In this document: positions 1 to 9,944 of the stretch, in pieces
How the letters are laid out: every line of letters begins with the position of its first letter
Numbering within the stretch: position 1 is the stretch's first letter
DNA from: Yuukianura sp. NJ FZ-2021
Taxonomy: Eukaryota
DNA length: 64,000 nucleotides
NCBI GenBank assembly: GCA_046563655.1
Contig: CM102283.1
Location: 4,278,001-4,342,000 of the forward strand
Direction: 5' to 3'
Notes under the pieces: generated by a model
Database searches by the model: none
The model's input: only the letters and a program-made list of their open reading frames with translations
What the model was told of the DNA's origin: nothing
Made by a program: the position numbers and the translations under genes

Positions 1-514
1 TTACTTTATAGTGTCGGCACGCCTAAAAAGAAGACCGCTGTCAAGAGCCAAATGCTATGGGCAATTGACAACTTCAGTAGGTCTAAATGCGGTCAGATTA
101 TGTTGTGGTTATTTAGAGACATTTTGTAACATTTTGCGACATTCGACGACAAAAAACGACAAACGTTGAAGTTGAGTTAATTTGACAAATATGCTTCTGT
201 GGGCTTATGTTTGACGAGATTTACTCGACACACGTCTCTTGAGGTAAGTGGTTCGATAAACCACCTTGAGATGAAGAATAGGAAGCGTTATGTTTATTTG
301 ACCGGGAGTAAACAGGGAATTCATCTCGTTGTTATTTGTTTTCCAATATTTACTTTATAGTGTCGGCACGCCTAAAAAGAAGACCGCTGTCAAGAGCCAA
401 ATGCTATGGGCAATTGACAACTTCAGTGGGTCTCCTTGCGGTCAGATAATGATGTGGTTATTTAGAGACATTTTGTACCATTTTGTGACATTCGACGACA
501 AAAAACGACAAATG

Positions 515-2412
515 TGTAGTCCCAACGAAGAAGGGCGTACCTCGGATTTTGAAATTTTTTTTTCCTTGGAGACGAGAAAAGTAAATAAATTTCGCCAATA
601 GTCGGAATCAAAAATGTCTGCAGATTTCGATTTCAAAAATGCAATTAGAAATCGCCTTACCAAAGTGTCGATGGTACAAGTAACTTTTTTCCGATAAAAA
701 CTTCGTACTTAGCAAAGTAGCGAAAGTGCAAAATATTTTTCATTGTATTCACGAAAACTTTGGAAATTACTGAAATAGTTTCGCACCCTCATTAAATTGT
801 GGCAACTGCTTTGAAAATTTTCAATTGCATTGACGAAAAGAACTGAAAATTATTTCATGGAAGCCAATTTGTCAAAGTACATATCCAGCCTCACTAAACC
901 TAGATAAGGGCCAGAGTGGGGAAGCGGGCCCTTACTTCAGAAGTCAATGTCAACTCGATTCAGAGAACTCAAGTGTTTTCTTGTGAGGTCGACGTTTCGC
1001 ACATCACTTTTCACAGGCGCCACAGTCATATAACTTCAAATTTTTTCAAAATTTTCGAATATCTTCAATGATATTAAAAGATCAGCGAGAAGTAGACCGA
1101 CCTGAATTTAACCATACAATATAATAAAATAATTGCTCAGCAATAAGGCGGTTTTCTACAACAAACTCAAAGTAACCTAGTAACCCCGTTTTACACATTA
1201 ATGATCAAATCCGGGTCATTATATGTTCATTCGTGAAAACCGGAACGAAATCCGTCCAGCAGTTTCTGACTAGTGTGGCTGGTTTTTTCCAGCGTTGCTG
1301 CAAGCTTAAACGTACAGTGGCTTAGTAGCCACTCCCACTGGATATCCACTGGAAGAAATGCACCCAAAATGGGAACTTTTAGCGGATGTAAGAAATTCAG
1401 AATTTAGCGCGAAATTCAAAAAAAAAATTCAAATTTAAAATTATAAAATAATATCACAAAGAGGTTCTTTTATCTTTCATCGTTAAATTTAATAATTTAT
1501 TTAAAACTCATACAAAAACGGTATATCCTTCGTCTTGTACGGTAATTTGAATTGTTTAGGCTTTTTGTATCTAATTAATTCAAACCCCGAGCGCAACGCT
1601 CAAGCGAGTTGGGTTTGATTTGGGTTTCGATTTGGGTTCATCCAGTTTGTCCTTTGCTTCCACCGGATATACAGCCGTGGACCAAATGTCGAAACAGTGG
1701 ATATCCAACAACACTGTTTTTTTTAATACAAACCAAAAATACCTGGTTTTTGGTTTAAAGCATGATTTATTTGGTTTTTAACCAACCAACCAACCACTTT
1801 AAACCAACATGTCCACAAAAACTCGATATTTCTCAGAAAAATGAATATATCCATTGATTTCAGTTCCAACAATGTTCCTAACAGTGTGAAAAAGGGTTAG
1901 TAATTTGGAAAAAGAAAAACGAGTTACTACAAAAGAGAGAATGAATTTCATTTCATTCAAAAACAAGACTTTTCTGTTCATTCGGTATCCCCTTTTCCCC
2001 ATTTACTCAAGTTGGTTTAAACCTAATTAATGTGAATAAAAACCGTTTGGTTTAAATCGTGGTTTAAACCATGGTTTAGATCATTTCTCTTAAACCAAGG
2101 CCACCCTGTTTCTCATAATTAATCCGGACAGACAGACATACAGACATACAGACAGACACACAGACAGACATGTATAATATTATAATAATATTGTCGCCTT
2201 TACAATAACTCTTAACAGCCAACGAATTTACAACACAGCTCGCCGAAACAGAATTACACACAGACAGACACCCAAACATAATAACATGAATCTTTCGGAA
2301 ATGAATTCGTTAATTTCGTTGCCGACTCTCGTTAAATTTTGTTTACGTTTTTTCTTGGCAACGCAAGTCGTCATCGCGTTTTGAGGTACGCCATTCTTCG
2401 TCGGAGCTATAG
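515..2412. mobile_element. ~1.9-kb non-autonomous TIR DNA element, copy 1, inserted in the satellite
   Basis: Imperfect terminal inverted repeats: TAGTCCCAACGAAGAAGGGCGTACCTC (517) versus the reverse complement of GAGGTACGCCATTCTTCGTCGGAGCTA (ends 2409). Satellite AAATG is duplicated at 510-514 and 2413-2417. No transposase ORF. Contains a (CAGA)n-type microsatellite near 2126-2170. Superfamily not assigned. Confidence 0.75.
1271..2108. mobile_element. Degenerate nested hAT-like MITEs inside the 1.9-kb element
   Basis: Outer ends TAGTGTGGCTGGTTT / AAACCAAGGCCACCCTG, flanked by TTTCTGAC / TTTCTCAT. Inner element 1290-1716 has ends CAGCGTTG / CAACACTG and GATATCCACT motifs shared with the MITE at 39368. 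TSDs are imperfect. Confidence 0.4.
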
Positions 2413-4779
2413 AAATGTTGAAGTTTAGTTAATTCGACAAACATGCTTCTGTGAGCTTATGTTTGACGAGATTTACTCGACACACGTCTCTTGAGGTAAG
2501 TGGTTCGATAAACCACCTTGAGATGAAGAATAGGAAGCGTTATGTTTATTTGACCGGGAGTAAACAGGGAATTCATCTCGTTGTTATTTGTTTTCCAATA
2601 TTTACTTTATAGTGTCGGCACGCCTAAAAAGAAGACCGCTGTCAAGAGCCAAATGCTATGGGCAATTGACAACTTCAGTGGGTCTCCTTGCGGTCAGATA
2701 ATGATGTGGTTATTTAGAGACATTTTGTACCATTTTGTGACATTCGACGACAAAAAACGACAAATGTGTAGTCCCAACGAAGAAGGGCGTACCTCGGATT
2801 TTGAAATTTTTTTTTCCTTGGAGACGAGAAAAGTAAATAAATTTCGCCAATAGTCGGAATCAAAAATGTCTGCAGATTTCGATTTCAAAAATGCAATTAG
2901 AAATCGCCTTACCAAAGTGTCGATGGTACAAGTAACTTTTTTCCGATAAAAACTTCGTACTTAGCAAAGTAGCGAAAGTGCAAAATATTTTTCATTGTAT
3001 TCACGAAAACTTTGGAAATTACTGAAATAGTTTCGCACCCTCATTAAATTGTGGCAACTGCTTTGAAAATTTTCAATTGCATTGACGAAAAGAACTGAAA
3101 ATTATTTCATGGAAGCCAATTTGTCAAAGTACATATCCAGCCTCACTAAACCTAGATAAGGGCCAGAGTGGGGAAGCGGGCCCTTACTTCAGAAGTCAAT
3201 GTCAACTCGATTCAGAGAACTCAAGTGTTTTCTTGTGAGGTCGACGTTTCGCACATCACTTTTCACAGGCGCCACAGTCATATAACTTCAAATTTTTTCA
3301 AAATTTTCGAATATCTTCAATGATATTAAAAGATCAGCGAGAAGTAGACCGACCTGAATTTAACCATACAATATAATAAAATAATTGCTCAGCAATAAGG
3401 CGGTTTTCTACAACAAACTCAAAGTAACCTAGTAACCCCCGTTTTACACATTAATGATCAAATCCGGGTCATTATATGTTCATTCGTGAAAACCGGAACG
3501 AAATCCGTCCAGCAGTTTCTGACTAGTGTGGCTGGTTTTTTCCAGCGTTGCTGCAAGCTTAAACGTACAGTGGCTTAGTAGCCACTCCCACTGGATATCC
3601 ACTGGAAGAAATGCACCCAAAATGGGAACTTTTAGCGGATGTAAGAAATTCAGAATTTAGCGCGAAATTCAAAAAAAAAATTCAAATTTAAAATTATAAA
3701 ATAATATCACAAAGAGGTTCTTTTATCTTTCATCGTTAAATTTAATAATTTATTTAAAACTCATACAAAAACGGTATATCCTTCGTCTTGTACGGTAATT
3801 TGAATTGTTTAGGCTTTTTGTATCTAATTAATTCAAACCCCGAGCGCAACGCTCAAGCGAGTTGGGTTTGATTTGGGTTTCGATTTGGGTTCATCCAGTT
3901 TGTCCTTTGCTTCCACCGGATATACAGCCGTGGACCAAATGTCGAAACAGTGGATATCCAACAACACTGTTTTTTTTAATACAAACCAAAAATACCTGGT
4001 TTTTGGTTTAAAGCATGATTTATTTGGTTTTTAACCAACCAACCAACCACTTTAAACCAACATGTCCACAAAAACTCGATATTTCTCAGAAAAATGAATA
4101 TATCCATTGATTTCAGTTCCAACAATGTTCCTAACAGTGTGAAAAAGGGTTAGTAATTTGGAAAAAGAAAAACGAGTTACTACAAAAGAGAGAATGAATT
4201 TCATTTCATTCAAAAACAAGACTTTTCTGTTCATTCGGTATCCCCTTTTCCCCATTTACTCAAGTTGGTTTAAACCTAATTAATGTGAATAAAAACCGTT
4301 TGGTTTAAATCGTGGTTTAAACCATGGTTTAGATCATTTCTCTTAAACCAAGGCCACCCTGTTTCTCATAATTAATCCGGACAGACAGACATACGACATA
4401 CAGACAGACACACTGAAGCGGACAGGGACTGACGAGGGACGGATTCGGAACTCCGGAGGAAACCGAGTAGTTAGGCATAGGTCAAGTAGGAGGACTATGT
4501 TCTCTGAGTGTAGGTTACAGAAAGATCTTGATTCACATTTTCTGTAGCGGGAGTCTCTTCCCAACCTTCAACAAGTGAACATCTCAATAAAAGTTATTCC
4601 ATTAGTTCACTGTTGTTGTCACGACCAGTTCATTTTCCAGTTGATGTTGGCACATTAGGAGAACCAAGTATTGTTGACCTCAGGTCAAATCTTCTCTCCA
4701 GGAAGATTCGACCTGAACTGAAGATTTCCCTGTAGAGGAAATCACAGTATCGGTCTCAGGGACTGCGGGGTTGTTGCAG

Positions 4780-4794
4780 TGGCGACCGAAGGGA
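4780..4794 (+). promoter_or_regulatory. Primer-binding site of the Gypsy element (probably tRNA-Arg)
   Basis: TGGCGACCGAAGGGA begins 1 nt after the 5' LTR end. TGGCGACC is complementary to the GGUCGCCA 3' end typical of tRNA-Arg; the tRNA identity is inferred. Confidence 0.75.
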
Positions 4795-5055
4795 TCATTC
4801 CAGTGATGTCATGTTCTCAACTGAAATGAAAGGTCAAGAGGTCAAGTGAGACTTTCCGGTAGAGAAAGGCTCAACTGAAGACAATTGAAGAAGAAGACGA
4901 GATAAACCGATGAGAATTTCCCTGTAGAGGAAATTCTGACCTACCAGCTGATTGATTTTCCTGTAGAGAAAAGCAATCCAGCATTGGAATAAATCAACAA
5001 CCTACCTGTATTTTCCGGTAGAGAAAAGACGGGTCAGGTCAAAGGTCAAATAAAG

Positions 5056-5435
5056 GCACGGGTGCTGCCAAAAATTTTCCAAAAATCGTTTTCACGCACG
5101 GGTGCTGCCCGATTTTTTCAAAAATTCAAACACTTTGAAATTTTCCCGTAGAGAAATGTTCAGAGGTCAAGGACACCAAACCAAAGGACAGAGAGCAATT
5201 CGTCGCTCATTTTGAAAAATCCTGAAGAGATTTTTCGATAGACTGAACCGATTTTTCCGTAGAGAAAATCGTTCATTGTCCATTTGATGCCAAATTAAAG
5301 GAAGGAAGAGATTCATATAACAACCCTGACATAAAATAAAGGCACGGGTGCTGCCAAAAATTCCAAAATCAAACATTACGCACGGGTGCTGCCCAAAATT
5401 TTTTCAAAAATTCGAAATCACGCATGGGTGCTGCC
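5056..5435 (+). repeat. Five copies of GCAYGGGTGCTGCC in the Gypsy 5' leader
   Basis: Copies at 5056, 5096, 5342, 5380 and 5422, each followed by a related A/T-tract spacer. Confidence 0.9.
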
Positions 5436-5656
5436 CGATTTTCCAAAAATTACCAAATACTTTGATTTCCCGGTAGAGGAAATCAAAAACCCAAGGAGAG
5501 GAACAAGTTATAAATTGGAGTTGAAGCTCCTGAAGAGAGCATCGACACCAAGACCATTTCAAAACCAATTGAAACAAACAGAATCCTAAAAAACCAACTC
5601 AGTTAACTGGATTAATTGAAATTCCTGTAGAGAATTTCGTTTTCCAGTATTAACTA

Positions 5657-6094
5657 ATGAGCAGAAGGGAAGTGAGAGATTTGGATCGAAACTCTCGTGC
5701 ATTCCTACAAGGATTTAACATGGACAGACAAAACATAAATCAAATTCCTGAAGAACCAATTGATGATGATGATGTTGAAAGTGACATGCAAATTCAAAAT
5801 CCAGTAGATGAAGATGATTACTCAAATGGAAGTTCAGATGCAAGTTCCGTTGTTCAACGAACTGTAGCAAACCAAGTCCCTATCGTCTCATCTACTGCTT
5901 CAACTATCACAACCCAAGCTCCAACAGCAACAACAGGCATGCGCACTACGGCTTCTGGTCAATCCAGTTCACGTGCTGTACCGAGTGGAGCAGATTACGT
6001 TCGCATTCCAGAATCGAGTCAAGTTAATGAACAAAATGATGCCGAGAGTACCAATCAGAAACCAGATTTAAACTCCCAAGGGAGACACCAATAA
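5657..6094 (+). CDS. Low-complexity acidic, Ser/Thr-rich ORF1 of the Gypsy element (possible gag N-terminal remnant)
   Basis: 145-aa ATG ORF in the gag position. No capsid or zinc-knuckle motif is recognisable. Confidence 0.4.
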   Translation: MSRREVRDLDRNSRAFLQGFNMDRQNINQIPEEPIDDDDVESDMQIQNPVDEDDYSNGSSDASSVVQRTVANQVPIVSSTASTITTQAPTATTGMRTTASGQSSSRAVPSGADYVRIPESSQVNEQNDAESTNQKPDLNSQGRHQ

Positions 6095-6102
6095 CCACCT
6101 CG

Positions 6103-7683
6103 ATGTGTGTTCTCCCGATAATCCACAAAATCTCAAGAGGTGTACCTACAACTCAAGTTATTTCAATTCAATTCAAATTTTCTGCATTCTTGGACTCAGT
6201 GTCTAAGTTTTGCATGATGACAGAACAATTGACAAAACACATCCAATCAAAAATCAAAATTCAATCCAAAATTCCAATTATTCTCAAATGTGACGCATCC
6301 GACATTAGCTTGGGCACCGCGCAAGTTCAAGCGTTAGATGGAAAGGATCGGCCAATCTTATTCATCTCCAAAATCCTAAAGAAACCGGAACGGAGTGCAC
6401 ACATTTTCGTTCTCTCACGAGCTCCAGTTGACAGTCATGACACTGAAGGAACGGACGATCCAGAAGAGATCGTCTGTACCCTTGTGTGTTTCTGTTACGA
6501 GACACCGACTTCGAACCAAATCAAAATTGATCAAGAAAATGAAATTCAAACTTCACGTCTCAAGAAATTGATTCGTGATGACCCTTCAAATTCCAAGTGT
6601 ACACACTTCTTAATTGAAGTTGGAATAGTGAAGCGTCAAGTCGAGATTCCGCTCAAGAGAATCAAAAAGTACTCTCTCGCAGATACTACCGAGGTTCACT
6701 CAAAAGTAGCTGAAACTCAAATTCAAAAAATGGAAATTCCGGGTTTCCAAAAATGTACATCCAGTGCAGAGGAACCTAATCAAGTTCAGTCGGCAGGGAT
6801 CGTACCAGAGTCAAACCAAACCAATATGTCAAAACAGAAGCGCGTTTTGCAAAAAATCAAGATTCCAGTTATCCTAACGTCACTCCAAAATGAAATTCAG
6901 AAGATTTTTCATGATGCACCGAAGTCAGGTCATCTTGGAGTTAAGAAGACAAAAGAGGAAATCGAAGATCGATGTTTCTGGAACAGAATGAATAAGGACA
7001 CTGCTGACTACGTCAAGTCATGCAAAATTTGTCAAACGACGAAGCCAGACAATACCCTACCATCTGGGTTACTTCAATCAACAAAAGTTACACTTACCCT
7101 TTTGAACTTAGGCAACGATTTGCCACTTCCGTTTGACAGAAATTTGGAAGCTAAAGGAAACACCAATTTTGATGAAGAAAGCGCGAAATTGACAGATTTA
7201 CCCGAGAAACTACAAGAATTAATCAAATGGGTACGCGAGAACATGGAGGAGGAACATGAAGAAAATAAGAAAATGTACGACAGTTCTCATCGAGATGTTA
7301 CATACGACAGTGGTGATTTAGCCTTAACTCGAAATCACCCAATTCCCAAGAAGGACGATGAGATGATGCAAAAATCTTCAAAACGATGGCTAGGCCTTTT
7401 CAAAATTACATCAAAAACCGCAGATGCAAACTACGAGTTAGCAGATCCAGTCACAAACAAGAAATTCGGGAGACGTCACGTTTTGGAGCTAAAACCATTT
7501 TTTGTTCGAGAAGAATCTGTGTCAGAAATCAAGAACAATGACATTCGGAAAAGTCAACCAATTACCAGGAAGTTACGCGAGAAGAAACCAACCAGTGACA
7601 TTCCGACAAGTACAGCAGTTACCAGCAAATTACGCGAAAGAAAACAAGTAAATTATAGGTCATTGGCAGGCCTACGTCATTAG
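6103..7683 (+). CDS. pol: Deleted Gypsy pol derivative: RNase H fragment, integrase H2C2 zinc domain and integrase C-terminus
   Basis: LKCDASDISLG...RPILFISK matches the start of RNase H. FHDAPKSGHLGVKKT...CFW...VKSCKICQ is the HHCC domain. KRWLGLFKI is GPY/F-like. No RT YxDD and no rve DDE core are visible. Confidence 0.8.
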   Translation: MCVLPIIHKISRGVPTTQVISIQFKFSAFLDSVSKFCMMTEQLTKHIQSKIKIQSKIPIILKCDASDISLGTAQVQALDGKDRPILFISKILKKPERSAHIFVLSRAPVDSHDTEGTDDPEEIVCTLVCFCYETPTSNQIKIDQENEIQTSRLKKLIRDDPSNSKCTHFLIEVGIVKRQVEIPLKRIKKYSLADTTEVHSKVAETQIQKMEIPGFQKCTSSAEEPNQVQSAGIVPESNQTNMSKQKRVLQKIKIPVILTSLQNEIQKIFHDAPKSGHLGVKKTKEEIEDRCFWNRMNKDTADYVKSCKICQTTKPDNTLPSGLLQSTKVTLTLLNLGNDLPLPFDRNLEAKGNTNFDEESAKLTDLPEKLQELIKWVRENMEEEHEENKKMYDSSHRDVTYDSGDLALTRNHPIPKKDDEMMQKSSKRWLGLFKITSKTADANYELADPVTNKKFGRRHVLELKPFFVREESVSEIKNNDIRKSQPITRKLREKKPTSDIPTSTAVTSKLRERKQVNYRSLAGLRH

Positions 7684-9944
7684 TTGAGTCAAAATAATAA
7701 TTAATCATTAGTTAAGAAAATATTCAAATTATTATAATATAAATCACAATGTTGATAGATTTATAATTTTCCTTCATTATTTATTGGTACTGAAATAGTA
7801 TTAGTCCAGTACATTTAGGCGTAAGTGAAGAATAATCGTATGTTAAAAGTTAAATCAGTTTCCGATAAGTCAGAGTTTTAGTCACAACCTCACTTTAGAG
7901 CGCTAACTCACAATCATTTATCTAACTATCTCACTTGCTTTCTAGATTCAGCACAGTACAGTCTAAAGATTCACTCTAATTTCCCTGTAGAGGAAATTGG
8001 TAATTGAAATTCTCCAGAAGAGAGAATTTCTACTTCTAAAAATGTTTTACTGATTTTCCTGAAGAGAAAATCGGTGTTGACTTCTCCGTAGAAGAAGTGG
8101 ACAATGTCACAAACGTTGAACTGAAGAAGAAATCAAAATTATTGCCGACTTCTGACGAAAGTGTCAACAACACTCAATTTACTGACAAACCAATGGAAGT
8201 GACAAGCAGTTGAAACGTAACTTTACTTCAAAACAAATTGGCACAACGATATGCTGAAGAAGACATTGCTGACATAACTGATGAGATCAACATCTAACAA
8301 CATCAGAGACAAGTTTTGACAGTTCCTACAACAATTCAACAATCTAACTTCAAAGATTTACTCATTTGTTTCTCGAATGGACACAACAGGCAAGAATGCC
8401 CGAAAGTCAACCAACAACCGGACAGAAAAGCAATATTTTGGAAAGAAAACAATCCCGGAACCTCTATTTTGAACAATGTCCAGTCAACAGAATTCATTTG
8501 ACTCAAAGAACTAACATGAAAAAACGGGAGAACCTTAAGACAAAACGTGGGAATTCTGGACGTGTCGAGTGGAAACGAGACGATAAGAAGACGAAGATTT
8601 TATCCGCTGGTCGAGGTCGGAGGACCGAGCATGGAGATGGCGCTGATGGAGGTGCGTTTCGCGGGCGCAATATGAAGCGGACAGGGACTGACGAGGGACG
8701 GATTCGGAACTCCGGAGGAAACCGAGTAGTTAGGCATAGGTAAAGTAGGAGGACTATGTTCTCTGAGTGTAGGTTACAGAAAGATCTTGATTCACATTTT
8801 CTGTAGCGGGAGTCTCTTCCCAACCTTCAACAAGTGAACATCTCAATAAAAGTTATTCCATTAGTTCACTGTTGTTGTCACGACCAGTTCATTTTCCAGT
8901 TGATGTTGGCACATTAGGAGAACCAAGTATTGTTGACCTCAGGTCAAATCTTCTCTCCAGGAAGATTCGACCTGAACTGAAGATTTCCCTGTAGAGGAAA
9001 TCACAGTATCGGTCTCAGGGACTGCGGGGTTGTTGCAACACAGACAGACATGTATAATATTATAATAATATTGTCGCCTTTACAATAACTCTTAACAGCC
9101 AACGAATTTACAACACAGCTCGCCGAAACAGAATTACACACAGACAGACACCCAAACATAATAACATGAATCTTTCGGAAATGAATTCGTTAATTTCGTT
9201 GCCGACTCTCGCTAAATTTTGTTTACGTTTTTTCTTGGCAACGCAAGTCGTCATCGCGTTTTGAGGTACGCCATTCTTCGTCGGAGCTATAGAAATGTTG
9301 AAGTTTAGTTAATTCGACAAACATGCTTCTGTGAGCTTATGTTTGACGAGATTTACTCGACACACGTCTCTTGAGGTAAGTGGTTCGATAAACCACCTTG
9401 AGATGAAGAATAGGAAGCGTTATGTTTATTTGACCGGGAGTAAGCAGGGAATTCATCTCGTTGTTATTTGTTTTCCAATATTTACTTTATAGTGTCGGCA
9501 CGCCTAAAAAGAAGACCGCTGTCACGAGCCAAATGCTATGGGCAATTGACAACTACATTGGGTCTCCTTGCGGTCAGATAATGATGTGGTTATTTAGAGA
9601 CATTTTGTACCATTTTGTGACATTCGACGACAAAAAACGACAAATGTTGAACTTTAGTTAATTCGACAAACATGCTTCTGTGGGCTTATGTTTGACGAGA
9701 TTTACTCGACACGCGTTTCTTGAGGTAAGCAGTTCGAAAACCACCATGAGATGAAGAATAGGAAGCGTTCTGTTTATTTGACCGGGAGTAAACAGGGAAT
9801 TCATCTCGTTGTTATTTGTTTTCCAATATTTACTTTATAGTGTCGGCACGCCTAAAAAGAAGACCGCTGTCACGAGCCACATGCTAGGAGCAATTGACAA
9901 CTACAGTGGGTCTCCATGTGGTCAGATAATGATGTGGTTATTTA

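Larger units (their letters stand above)
4723..9002 (+). other. Dispersed array of 17 CNGWAGA stem-loops
   Basis: Stems start at 4723, 4852, 4913, 4956, 5011, 5142, 5214, 5249, 5461, 5526, 5618, 6451, 7978, 8006, 8049, 8080 and 8982. Stems are 4-10 bp with differing but complementary sequence. Confidence 0.85.
4414..9037 (+). mobile_element. Non-autonomous, internally deleted Ty3/Gypsy LTR retrotransposon, recent insertion
   Basis: 365-bp LTRs at 4414-4778 and 8673-9037, both TG...CA, with one difference seen (GGTCAAGT vs GGTAAAGT). 4-bp TSD ACAC at 4410-4413 and 9038-9041. PBS at 4780. Internal ORF has RNase H and integrase remnants but no RT. Confidence 0.93.
2767..9292. mobile_element. 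1.9-kb TIR element, copy 2 (tandem duplicate), split by the Gypsy insertion
   Basis: 2767-4413 plus 9038-9292 is almost identical to 515-2412 (offset 2252). Same AAATG flanks at 2762-2766 and 9293-9297. Confidence 0.8.

Noticed and set aside
329-4255. Duplicated 67-90 aa ORFs (also 9461-10348)
   Set aside because: They lie in satellite or TE sequence, cross insertion junctions, mostly lack ATG starts and show no recognisable domain.
5056-5435. CRISPR-like repeat-spacer look
   Set aside because: 14-bp repeats with mutually similar spacers, inside a eukaryotic LTR element, and no cas genes.
4723-8098. Identifying the hairpins as lambda boxB, IRE, TAR or Smaug elements, or as terminators
   Set aside because: Only partial loop resemblance (GAAGA, CNG). 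Loop length and consensus differ, and there are no consistent U-tracts.
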